From positions 1,576 through 65,575 of the forward strand of contig CANGEC010000001.1 of assembly GCA_947452625.1 (NCBI GenBank): a DNA stretch of 64,000 nucleotides. The letters are read 5' to 3'. Below the pieces are notes generated by a model that was not told the origin of the DNA, did no database searches, and was given only the letters and a program-made list of their open reading frames with translations. Made by a program: the position numbers and the translations under genes. The DNA comes from Burkholderiaceae bacterium. GTDB lineage: Bacteria > Pseudomonadota > Gammaproteobacteria > Burkholderiales > Burkholderiaceae. Shown here piece after piece: positions 40,026-48,962 of the stretch; the first letter of the stretch is position 1, and each line of letters starts with the position of its first letter.

Positions 40026-41315
40026 TCACCCCTCTTTGAACACCATGGCAGGCTGAATCGCGGCAACATTAACGGCTCCCATTTGCTGCATAGTTGACTT
40101 AAATTCAGTTTGCAAAATTTCCATCACGCGCTCTACCCCAGGCTGCCCAAAAGCCCCCAAGCCCCACAAATAAGGGCGGCCAACACAGACCGCGCTAGCA
40201 CCTAAAGCCATAGCCTTAAATACATCGCTACCCCTACGAATGCCGCTGTCAAACAAAATCGGTACTTTTCCTTTGGCAACCTTAGCGACTTCCGGTAAAC
40301 ACTCAATAGCGCCTCGCCCGCCATCTTCACTTCTGCCCCCGTGATTGGAGACATGAATACCGTCTACCCCGTACTTCAAGCAAAGTTGCGCATCCTCTTC
40401 AGTCAAGATGCCCTTGATGATGATTTTCATCTTGGTGGTATCACGCACCTGCTTTATAAAGTCCCAGGTCATGTTTGAGGAAGACATATTGACGCCAGTC
40501 ATATCAATACCATCATAGTTAGGGCGCTCTTGGGCGCTGCCAAAACCGTGCACATGGCACCCCGCACAATTGCGTGGATCGAGCTTTTTGAGGCGTGCAA
40601 AAGTTTCTTGGTTGCGACCCCCGTTGCGATCCACCGTAATCTCTAACACTGGAGCACCAGCCCTCTCCACCCGATGAATGACTTGTTTGGCGACTGCTGG
40701 ACTAGATGTGGCATACAGCTGAAACCAAACTTCACCCTGACGCGCTGCAATCACCTCCTCAATAGTAGATGCCCCAGCGTTAGAAAGAATATTTAAAAAT
40801 CCACCCGCCCGAGCCGCTCTCGCAACCGCCACTTCACCCTCTGGGTCATAAGCCTTATTACCACCCGTTGGCGCGATGATAATTGGCGAGCTCCACTTCG
40901 TGCCGAATAAAGTGATGGAGGTATCGATCCGACTGACATCGCGCAAGCGACGAGGGCGTAACTGATACTTCAGAAAAGAGCTGCGATTGGCTCGCAATGT
41001 TACTTCGTCATCAATTCCTGAAGCCATATAAGCAAAATGGGCCGGCGGGACTTTGGTAAAAGCTACAGGCTCAAAATCAAAAACATTAATAGCCTCCTTA
41101 GGACTGGCAATCAAATCTAAAGGGGTATTGGGTGCCCAAATCATAGGATCGGGTCGCTTCGTAAAATTCCGTAGGAGCTCCCTTGGGGCTTGAGTCTCTT
41201 GGGCAAATACATTTTGACCTGCTCCGAGAGCAAATAAAGGACTGGCGGCCAGCCAAGTTAGAAACTGTCGGCGCTGTTCATCACCACTGCCACCATCATT
41301 GATATTACGATCCAT
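40026..41315 (-). CDS. FMN-dependent alpha-hydroxy-acid oxidase/dehydrogenase with Tat signal and a CxxCH
   Basis: QRRQFL leader; IAPTG, WFQLY, TVD, IIKGI, SNHGGR, DSGIRRGSD, GRPYLWGL; CAGCH at 40554-40568. Confidence 0.9.
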   Translation of the reverse strand: MDRNINDGGSGDEQRRQFLTWLAASPLFALGAGQNVFAQETQAPRELLRNFTKRPDPMIWAPNTPLDLIASPKEAINVFDFEPVAFTKVPPAHFAYMASGIDDEVTLRANRSSFLKYQLRPRRLRDVSRIDTSITLFGTKWSSPIIIAPTGGNKAYDPEGEVAVARAARAGGFLNILSNAGASTIEEVIAARQGEVWFQLYATSSPAVAKQVIHRVERAGAPVLEITVDRNGGRNQETFARLKKLDPRNCAGCHVHGFGSAQERPNYDGIDMTGVNMSSSNMTWDFIKQVRDTTKMKIIIKGILTEEDAQLCLKYGVDGIHVSNHGGRSEDGGRGAIECLPEVAKVAKGKVPILFDSGIRRGSDVFKAMALGASAVCVGRPYLWGLGAFGQPGVERVMEILQTEFKSTMQQMGAVNVAAIQPAMVFKEG

Positions 41316-41484
41316 ATCTCCCCCTGTTTTATCTTTTTATGCGGCTGATTTTTTAGACAATATACCCCCAAGACCACATCGCAAGATAAAAAATGATGCT
41401 TCACCTAAAAACAATTGGTAAAGGCAAATGTTTACCTAAAAGTCACTTTTATTTGCTATGCTGGGAGTTCAAATAAGGATAGCC

Positions 41485-41700
41485 ATGACAAACGAAAATC
41501 AAACCAACGACGACGAAGATTTTGACTATGGCTGCGAATGTGCCATGACCTTGTTAAATGAGCCTACTGAAGATTGTCTCAATGACTTAATTGATGAGCT
41601 TGATGAGGACGGCATGATTGCAACCGAGGTGGTTTATGGCATCTTGGCTACCATTTTGATGAGCATCACCTCAGAAGAAGGCGATACCGAGGAACACTAG
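41485..41700 (+). CDS. Hypothetical very acidic small protein
   Basis: AAGGA RBS before the ATG at 41485; 71 aa with 22 D/E and no K/R. Confidence 0.6.
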   Translation: MTNENQTNDDEDFDYGCECAMTLLNEPTEDCLNDLIDELDEDGMIATEVVYGILATILMSITSEEGDTEEH

Positions 41701-41706
41701 ACCTAC

Positions 41707-42012
41707 CTAGGATTCCACTTGTTGTGCGAACTGATTCATAGCAAGGGCTAGCGCAAGATCAAGCTCGGTGAGCATCTGTGCAGAGTGGGTGCTCAAACTC
41801 ACGCTTACCTTGTTCCAGGAATTCGACCAGTCTGGATGATGGTTGATTTCTTCAGCGTAATGCGCCGATAAAGTCATAAATGCAAAAGCACTTTGGAAAT
41901 CCCGAAACACAAAATCACGCTCAAGTGTTTTGGCTTCTCGACCAAGTTGCCAATCGGGTAAGCGCTCCTGAAAATTAAAGTTCGACGGCAAAGCCTTAGG
42001 CAATAACGGCAT
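41707..42012 (-). CDS. phhB: Pterin-4a-carbinolamine dehydratase
   Basis: FVFRDFQSAF, NHHPDW, LSTHS..LTELD; start MPLLP. Confidence 0.88.
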   Translation of the reverse strand: MPLLPKALPSNFNFQERLPDWQLGREAKTLERDFVFRDFQSAFAFMTLSAHYAEEINHHPDWSNSWNKVSVSLSTHSAQMLTELDLALALAMNQFAQQVES

Positions 42013-42730
42013 CCACGCTTTTCCCAAGTTTTTGCAAATCATCTGGATACAGCCAACACCATTGACCCTCAGCCAAATCGGTCGGCATACTGTATTGACC
42101 AATTTCCGTGCGGTGTAATTTTTCTACATGATTACCTACCGCAGCCATCATGCGCTTTACCTGGTGATAGCGCCCCTCGACGATCGTCATCGCCAATTTG
42201 TTCTCACCTAACTGCTGACATGCTGTCACAAAACAAGGCCTAGGATCATCATCTAAAACTACACCGCTCAATAAATGATCAATTTGTTTTTGCGTAATGA
42301 CTTCAGGCGTAGTAATTTCATAAACCTTACCGATGTTCTTTTTTGGAGTCGTCATTTTATGAATAAACTGACCATCATCCGAAATCAATAACAAACCGGT
42401 GGTATCAAAATCCAAGCGACCAACACACTGTAAGCCGCGCTCGACAAAGGGGCGAGGCAAGAGACTGTAAACGCTTGGATGATGTGTAGTCTTATGTGAA
42501 CACTCATAATTAGGCGGCTTATGAAAAGCGATATAAGCCTTTTCATGAAACTCCCAGTCTTTGCCTTCAACATTCAACACCAAGCCTTCTGTGGGAATGC
42601 GCTCCTCAGGGTCTTCGCACAGTACCCCGTTAATTTTGACTAGCTCGGCATAAACCAAGTCGCTGCAATAGCGTCTGGTGCCAAAGCCTTGACTAAAGAG
42701 AATTTTTTCGAGGGAAAGGGGTTTTGCCAT
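41996..42730 (-). CDS. rsuA: 16S rRNA pseudouridine(516) synthase
   Basis: S4 domain, HKP, VGRLDFDTTGLLL, EGRYHQVKRM. Confidence 0.9.
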   Translation of the reverse strand: MAKPLSLEKILFSQGFGTRRYCSDLVYAELVKINGVLCEDPEERIPTEGLVLNVEGKDWEFHEKAYIAFHKPPNYECSHKTTHHPSVYSLLPRPFVERGLQCVGRLDFDTTGLLLISDDGQFIHKMTTPKKNIGKVYEITTPEVITQKQIDHLLSGVVLDDDPRPCFVTACQQLGENKLAMTIVEGRYHQVKRMMAAVGNHVEKLHRTEIGQYSMPTDLAEGQWCWLYPDDLQKLGKSVDAVIA

Positions 42731-42835
42731 AGGTGTCGCTACGAATTCTACAGAAATTTGGGTGTTTTTGGCTTTGCCAAGCCTAAGTCATTATCATTGG
42801 CTTTACCTATTTTTAGTGATTTCTGATTTATTGCC

Positions 42836-43378
42836 ATGCTTTCAAAACCCGTTCAACGCTCACCACTTCACACCCGTGAAATCACTTTCTCTGGATTCGC
42901 TAGAGAAGATGGCTTATGGGACATTGAGGCACACCTGCGAGATACCAAGGCGCACGCGTTTACTACCGGGGGAAAGACTTGGGTTCCCGGTGAAGCCATT
43001 CATGACATGTGGTTGCGCCTCACCTTAAATACACAACTGGTGATTCAAGCTATTGAAGTTTCAATGGATGCCCATCCCCACCCAGAGTGTCCAGAGGTAA
43101 TACCGCCAATGGATGCGTTGGTGGGAGCTACACTGGGTAAGGGCTGGCGTAAAGTCATCGATACACACCTGGGTGGCCTTAAGGGATGCACCCATTTGCG
43201 AGAACTTTTAGCCAATATTGGCACGGCAGCATATCAATCAATCCCCGGCGCACTCTTTGACCCCGATGAAAACAAGCCACCACTCTATCTAGGCCAGTGT
43301 AAATCTTGGGACTTCGATGGCCCAGTGGTCATGCGACAGTATCCCCAGTTTTACAAATGGAAACCTCCCGGCCCATAA
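42836..43378 (+). CDS. DUF2889-family protein
   Basis: HTREI..REDGLWDIEAHL.D, HDMWLRL, GCTHLREL. Confidence 0.8.
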   Translation: MLSKPVQRSPLHTREITFSGFAREDGLWDIEAHLRDTKAHAFTTGGKTWVPGEAIHDMWLRLTLNTQLVIQAIEVSMDAHPHPECPEVIPPMDALVGATLGKGWRKVIDTHLGGLKGCTHLRELLANIGTAAYQSIPGALFDPDENKPPLYLGQCKSWDFDGPVVMRQYPQFYKWKPPGP

Positions 43379-43381
43379 ATC

Positions 43382-44155
43382 TTACTTAAAGTCTCCCCGG
43401 TGAACGCTGAAATGCGCGCTCGCCTGCTGAACCGGCATCAACTCAAGCACGTTAATGTTCATATGACTAGGTAGGGTGGCAGACCAAAAAATTGCTTCAG
43501 CAACATCATCAGCACTAAGCGCCTTCACTCCTGTGTACACACTCTCCGCTTTACCGTCATCACCCTTAAAGCGCACATTCGAGAACTCTGTACCAGCGCA
43601 CATGCCAGGCTCAATACAAGTCACACGAACCGGCGTACCCAATAAATCGGCGCGCAGATTTAAGCTAAATTGTTTTACAAAAGCTTTAGTGCCGCCATAC
43701 ACATTACCACCTGGATAAGGATAGTTTGCAGCCACAGAGCCTAGGTTAATGACATGACCTCGTTTGCGCTCAACCATACCTGGCAAGAATGCACGGGTCA
43801 TATGCACCAGCCCCTTGATATTAGTATCAATCATGCGATCCCAATCGGACAGTATGGCTTGATGCGCTGGTTCTAAGCCTAGTGCCAGCCCGGCATTATT
43901 GACTAACACACTCACTTGCGAGAATGACGCTGGCAAGCTTGCTGCCAACTGATCAACCTTAGCGCTGTCACAAACGTCTACAGCCAATGTCAGTAATTTT
44001 TGTTGCTGTTCGGCAGGCAAAGACGACTTTAACGCCTCAAGTCGTTCAACTCGTCTACCTAAAGCGATCACTTGATGGCCGTGAGCCAAAAAGCGACGTG
44101 CTGTTGCCTCTCCAAAACCAGCGGTTGCACCCGTTACCAAAACCGTATGTTGCAT
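43382..44155 (-). CDS. YdfG-like NADP-dependent 3-hydroxy acid dehydrogenase (SDR)
   Basis: TGATAGFG, NNAGLALG, YPGGNVYGGTK, TEFSNVRFKGD. Confidence 0.9.
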   Translation of the reverse strand: MQHTVLVTGATAGFGEATARRFLAHGHQVIALGRRVERLEALKSSLPAEQQQKLLTLAVDVCDSAKVDQLAASLPASFSQVSVLVNNAGLALGLEPAHQAILSDWDRMIDTNIKGLVHMTRAFLPGMVERKRGHVINLGSVAANYPYPGGNVYGGTKAFVKQFSLNLRADLLGTPVRVTCIEPGMCAGTEFSNVRFKGDDGKAESVYTGVKALSADDVAEAIFWSATLPSHMNINVLELMPVQQASAHFSVHRGDFK

Positions 44156-44199
44156 ATCTTCCTCGTTCAATCTGTTTGTAATTTAATATTACTGCCTAT

Positions 44200-45006
44200 A
44201 TGAGATTCCTGTGGACCTTCCCTATCACCCTGCTTCTCATGGTCAGCGCCGTTAGCGCAGCAAACGATCCCATGGAGCCTTCAAGCGCCCTCAGTTTTGT
44301 AAATGTCTCGCAAGAACATGGCAAGGATCGTATTGTAGAGTTTTGGGGGTATCACGACTATCAAGGATCCGGTGATCATAGCGATACGCTGAGGTTGCGT
44401 TATTACGAACCCCTCCAACTCGATCGCTGGCAAGGGATGCTACGCCTGGATACCTCTTACGTCTCAAGCTATGGCAGCGGACTGCCCAACCAAAACCCAG
44501 GTCAATACAGTGCCGGTAGCACCTTCCTCACAATGTGGGGTGGCATGCCAGACTGGTCAGTAAACCTAGGCGCTAGGGTGGTACTGCCCATTGGCGGTAG
44601 CAATCAATGGGCAATTGGCCCACAAATAAGCACCTCTTTTGCACCAGCCAAGCAGAATCAATCGATCCTAGCGGATTTCTCACCATTAGTGCGCTATCTC
44701 TATGGCTTTGCGCCCAAGGATGGTTCAAGCTCCGGGGGCTCACCCCAGAATCCACTGTTACGCAGCTTATCCACCTACCCAACCTTGGGCTTTCATCTTG
44801 GGCAAGATACCCAACTGCGACTTTGGGATGAAAACGGCATCCTATATGACACTGCCAGAGGGGGGTGGTTCGTGCCGCTCGATGCCATGGTGACTCATCG
44901 CATCAATCAACATTTTCTCTTTGCTATTGGCGCTAGCAAACAAATTGTTCAGACCTATCAACAATACGACTGGTCAATTTATGGAAAACTGTCTTTTAAC
45001 TTCTAA
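44200..45006 (+). CDS. Hypothetical exported protein, probable outer-membrane beta-barrel
   Basis: Signal peptide; alternating aromatic strands; C-terminal YGKLSFNF. Confidence 0.6.
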   Translation: MRFLWTFPITLLLMVSAVSAANDPMEPSSALSFVNVSQEHGKDRIVEFWGYHDYQGSGDHSDTLRLRYYEPLQLDRWQGMLRLDTSYVSSYGSGLPNQNPGQYSAGSTFLTMWGGMPDWSVNLGARVVLPIGGSNQWAIGPQISTSFAPAKQNQSILADFSPLVRYLYGFAPKDGSSSGGSPQNPLLRSLSTYPTLGFHLGQDTQLRLWDENGILYDTARGGWFVPLDAMVTHRINQHFLFAIGASKQIVQTYQQYDWSIYGKLSFNF

Positions 45007-45926
45007 TCGACATTCACTAAACGCGTACCCTCAAGCTTAGCGGCCTTCGATTTCAAGAGCCCTTGTATTAGCCATTGAGCCACTTCATTACTTGGCATAT
45101 TCAATCGTTTAGCAGCTTGCGCTATCGCAGGAGTACTAAAGATCCAGTCGTACACTTTTTCAAGCTCGATACTGCGCCACTCGAGCAATTTATATTTGAG
45201 CAACACCTTCATTCCATGCCGAGTATTGCGATCAGAATCTGAAGCAAGATAATCCAATCTTGAGCGCGCCCTCACAAGAGCGCCAGCAACATCGGTAAAG
45301 GGTTTGCCATGCCCCGGAATGACTAAGGCAACCTCCAAATCTTCAATCAGGTCCAAGGTCTGTGCCGTCTCCTCAAAGCCGCTTTCACCCCAAAGCTCAG
45401 GGAAGATCACTCCAAAACCATCCTCCCATAAAGCATCTGCAGAAATCAGCAGCCGATGATCTGCTTGATACAACATGATGGAATGGGGGTCATGCCCTGG
45501 CGCAGCCAAGATTTGCCAGTTGTATCGCCCTAGGGTAATTTCATTACCAGGCTTCAAAAGATGGGTGTAAGTAAAACGAGGACAGGCCTGACCTAGCGCC
45601 CGAAAACTCAGTAAATCCTCATTCCAATCTCTCACAGCCTCAGCCTCTGCAAGCGGAATATGTATCTGTGCTTGATAGACTTTTTCCAAGGCAGCATTGC
45701 CACCACAGTGATCAGAATGCAAATGGGTATTAATCACTTTGTTGAGTCGTGACACCTGCCATTTTGACAAAGCATTTGCCACCAGACCCAAGGTAAGCTC
45801 TTGATGAGCACAATATCCTGTATCAACAACGGACATATCTTCATTACCAAAATGCAAAATGGTATTGGCAGACAACCAACCTCTTTCGACAATGTCGATG
45901 CCGGGTGGCAGTAAAAAATGATCCAT
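45003..45926 (-). CDS. Metallo-beta-lactamase fold hydrolase
   Basis: THLHSDHCGG, PGHD, SADALW, IPGHG. Confidence 0.9.
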   Translation of the reverse strand: MDHFLLPPGIDIVERGWLSANTILHFGNEDMSVVDTGYCAHQELTLGLVANALSKWQVSRLNKVINTHLHSDHCGGNAALEKVYQAQIHIPLAEAEAVRDWNEDLLSFRALGQACPRFTYTHLLKPGNEITLGRYNWQILAAPGHDPHSIMLYQADHRLLISADALWEDGFGVIFPELWGESGFEETAQTLDLIEDLEVALVIPGHGKPFTDVAGALVRARSRLDYLASDSDRNTRHGMKVLLKYKLLEWRSIELEKVYDWIFSTPAIAQAAKRLNMPSNEVAQWLIQGLLKSKAAKLEGTRLVNVD

Positions 45927-45928
45927 AC

Positions 45929-46501
45929 TTAGTTTTGCTGTGTAGTCATTTCTAATTTTCGAACATCAAATTGTTGTTGCTGTAAGCGCAATAACAAATC
46001 CTCATAAGTCTTCGCATCCAGTTGTGGACTACGTGACAAGATCCATAAATACTCTCGTTTAGGGTCACTCACTACGGCAACTTGATATTGAGTATCCAAA
46101 TCAATCACCCAGTAATCCCCCCAAACCAGAGGCAAAAACGAGAGCCACTCGGGAGCAAAACGCACCTCTAATTTTGGCGAGTCTTTAGGACCCACTTGTT
46201 TTGCCAACCCTTCAGCAAGAGTAGTCTCGCCGCTGGCCGTCTTGCAACTATTGAGCACTTGCACATTGCCATCAGACTTGATGGCATATACCGCTTTGGT
46301 ATTGGCAACACACTTCTTTTGAAACCAATTGGGAAATTTCGCGATCTCATACCAATTCCCCATATAACGGGGCACATCCAGCGAGGCAATCGTTTTAACT
46401 GGCGACATACTGGATTGACTATAGGCATTGAGATGCCCAAGACACAGAGCAACAACCAAACCAAGATAGGTAAATTTAAAAAAGGACTTGAGCATCAGCA
46501 T
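45929..46501 (-). CDS. Lipocalin (Blc family)
   Basis: RYMGNWYEIA, GDYWVIDLD, YLWILSR. Confidence 0.9.
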   Translation of the reverse strand: MLMLKSFFKFTYLGLVVALCLGHLNAYSQSSMSPVKTIASLDVPRYMGNWYEIAKFPNWFQKKCVANTKAVYAIKSDGNVQVLNSCKTASGETTLAEGLAKQVGPKDSPKLEVRFAPEWLSFLPLVWGDYWVIDLDTQYQVAVVSDPKREYLWILSRSPQLDAKTYEDLLLRLQQQQFDVRKLEMTTQQN

Positions 46502-47104
46502 TTATTTCAATAAGAATTTATTTTTGATATAAGGCATCCTACAGCATAGAAGCAATCCGACGATCAATGCATAAAGAGATACTGTTTGTAAGTCATTTTT
46601 ACCTGCCTTATGCCACCAATAATGCAGAATCGCTGTGCAGGCTAGGATATAAATTAAGTGGTGCAGTTGACTCCAGCGCCTGCCTAGTAATCCTTGCATC
46701 CAATGATTCGATGTAATAGCCAAAGGCAGCATCAACAGAAAAGTTAACATACCCATGGTAATAAATGGTCTTTTAATTACATCTTTGATCATTGCCATCA
46801 CATCATAGTTTTGATCTAGACCAAACCAGATTAAAAAATGTAGGCTGGCATAAAAGAAACTGAATAAGCCCAACATTCGCCGTAGCTTGATCCAAAAAGA
46901 AGAACTAGTGAGCAAACGCAATGGGGTCATTGCTAAAGTCAGACAAAGAAATACCAAAGCCCAGGTACCAGTTGACCTCGTAATCATTTCAATTGGGTTA
47001 GCACCAAGACCATCATTTAGACCAAGCCAAATTAGCCGATCTAATGGCAACAAAGCCAGTAGAAAGATCAATAACTTTAGCAACGAGATAGAAGAGCTGC
47101 GCAC
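46502..47104 (-). CDS. msrQ: Methionine sulfoxide reductase heme-binding membrane subunit
   Basis: LGANPIE, RRMLGL..YASLH, LAITS, WSQLH. Confidence 0.93.
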   Translation of the reverse strand: MRSSSISLLKLLIFLLALLPLDRLIWLGLNDGLGANPIEMITRSTGTWALVFLCLTLAMTPLRLLTSSSFWIKLRRMLGLFSFFYASLHFLIWFGLDQNYDVMAMIKDVIKRPFITMGMLTFLLMLPLAITSNHWMQGLLGRRWSQLHHLIYILACTAILHYWWHKAGKNDLQTVSLYALIVGLLLCCRMPYIKNKFLLK

Positions 47105-47108
47105 TAAA

Positions 47109-48077
47109 TTAATAGTATTTCTTTAGATCCATACCAGAGTACATGCTGGCGACTTGATCACCATAACCATTAAACATTTCAGTCTTGATTTTGGGAGCAA
47201 ACACACCCTTGTTCTCAGCAATACGTCGCTCCGTTGCCTGACTCCAACGAGGATGATCAACCAAGGGGTTAACGTTGGAATAAAAACCATACTCGCGAGG
47301 ATCAAATTGACTCCAGCTGGTTTTGGGCATTTCTTCAGTCAAGCGAATTTTGACAATCGACTTGGCGCTCTTAAAGCCATATTTCCAAGGCACCACGATT
47401 CTTACTGGTGCGCCATTTTGCTTGGGCAATACCTCTCCATACAAACCAAAGGTCAGCAAGGTCAAAGGGTTCATGGCCTCATCCAGGCGTAAGCCCTCGC
47501 GGTAAGGCCAATCCAAAATACTACTCTTGACTCCAGGCATCTGTTTTCGATCAGCCAAAGAAATAAATTCAACATACTTAGCCGAACCCATTGGCTCAAC
47601 TTTATTGAGTAACTTTGATAGCGCATAGCCATCCCAAGGAATCACCATCGACCAACCCTCTACGCAGCGCATTCTGTAGATGCGCTCTTCCATTGGCGCT
47701 AGCTTTAATAATGCGTCAATATCTAAAGTCATTGGCTTTTTCACCAAACCCTCAATTGAAACAGTCCAAGGACGTGTTTGCAGGGTGCCAGCATTAGCCA
47801 CCGGGTCCGCCTTATCGGTGCCAAATTCATAGAAGTTGTTATAAGTCGTAACATTCTTATAACCACTCAAATCCTCTTTGGTGGTGAATGTCGGATTAGG
47901 TGTGGCAGATAACTTATCCGCATTTGCGGCTAGCGCCTCACGCGCAAACCAGGGCGCAAGTGCCATACCGAAGCTACCAGCAGCAGCCGCCTTAATAATT
48001 TCCCGACGATTCTCAAAAATATTTTTCGGGGTGATCTCACTAGGAGAAATGTTGTCATCAAAATTACGCATTGGCAT
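47109..48077 (-). CDS. msrP: Periplasmic methionine sulfoxide reductase catalytic subunit
   Basis: SEITP..NRREII Tat leader, [30 protein letters not shown]. Confidence 0.96.
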   Translation of the reverse strand: MPMRNFDDNISPSEITPKNIFENRREIIKAAAAGSFGMALAPWFAREALAANADKLSATPNPTFTTKEDLSGYKNVTTYNNFYEFGTDKADPVANAGTLQTRPWTVSIEGLVKKPMTLDIDALLKLAPMEERIYRMRCVEGWSMVIPWDGYALSKLLNKVEPMGSAKYVEFISLADRKQMPGVKSSILDWPYREGLRLDEAMNPLTLLTFGLYGEVLPKQNGAPVRIVVPWKYGFKSAKSIVKIRLTEEMPKTSWSQFDPREYGFYSNVNPLVDHPRWSQATERRIAENKGVFAPKIKTEMFNGYGDQVASMYSGMDLKKYY

Positions 48078-48240
48078 GCCTTTAAACGGTCAATTTATTC
48101 GAATCACAATAAGACCATTCTCCTACGCTTACGGTTTTATTGCAGGAGCTTCTGATTTTTTCTCAAAATAGGGTTTTATCCGATATCTGCGGCCCATCAA
48201 AAGAAGTCAAATGGCATTTTGACCCCACTAAAGCAACACC

Positions 48241-48888
48241 ATGGCTTGGATTCTGATTGCATCAGCAATTTTTTTATTGGGTGTATATAAAACCCGCCAA
48301 GGTAGACACCTGCCGGCACAACTTCGCAATATCTCGATTGGTTGCGTCGCGCTCTTGGCGCTCGCCTGGAATCTTCGTGCCCACTTACGAAATGGCAATC
48401 TCGATCATTTTATTGACCTATCGTTTCATTTCTTTGGCGCTTCTTTACTAGTAGCCATGTTTGGTTTTTGGAGCGCCATCACACTTTTATTTATGGTCGC
48501 CCTCTCCGGAATTTTTGTCTTTAGCGGAGATCTGGTTGAAGCCACCCGTCACTACCTATTGGTGAGCGTTATGCCCGCTTCATTTGCCCTGCTCGTTATT
48601 AAAGCAGTTGATAAATTTCTCCCCAAACATTTATTTATTCTCATTTTGGGTAATGGCTACCTAGCCGCCTTCTTAAGCACCTTTGCCACAGGCATAGTGA
48701 TTTACCTAGTGCAGCAAATTTTTGGGATTCAGTCTTTTGGTACAAGCGATCCATTAGGCTGGTTCTTAGGTTTGCTCATCCTCTCGTTTATGGAGGGCTC
48801 GCTTTCAGGAATGCTACTAGCCATCATGCTGGTGTATCGGCCCCACTGGGTCAATACTTATCGTGAGCAAGAGTATATGAATGCTTAG
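48241..48888 (+). CDS. CbiM-like / ECF-type membrane protein
   Basis: Multiple TM helices; FHFFGASL, HLFILILG, EGSLSG...YRPHWV. Confidence 0.65.
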   Translation: MAWILIASAIFLLGVYKTRQGRHLPAQLRNISIGCVALLALAWNLRAHLRNGNLDHFIDLSFHFFGASLLVAMFGFWSAITLLFMVALSGIFVFSGDLVEATRHYLLVSVMPASFALLVIKAVDKFLPKHLFILILGNGYLAAFLSTFATGIVIYLVQQIFGIQSFGTSDPLGWFLGLLILSFMEGSLSGMLLAIMLVYRPHWVNTYREQEYMNA

Positions 48889-48912
48889 AACGACGCAGGT
48901 CTAACAAAAAGA

Positions 48913-48942
48913 AAAAAGGCAAACCACTTGGTTTGCCTTTTT
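48913..48942. terminator. Bidirectional Rho-independent terminator
   Basis: AAAAAGGCAAACCA-CT-TGGTTTGCCTTTTT between convergent genes. Confidence 0.85.
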
Positions 48943-48962
48943 ATTTAAGCGACCTCGACTTA

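Noticed and set aside
48206-48223. Palindrome GTCAAA-N6-TTTGAC; also ATGTTGCA-G-TGCAATAT at 55206-55222
   Set aside because: Single short occurrences with no assignable regulator; could be chance
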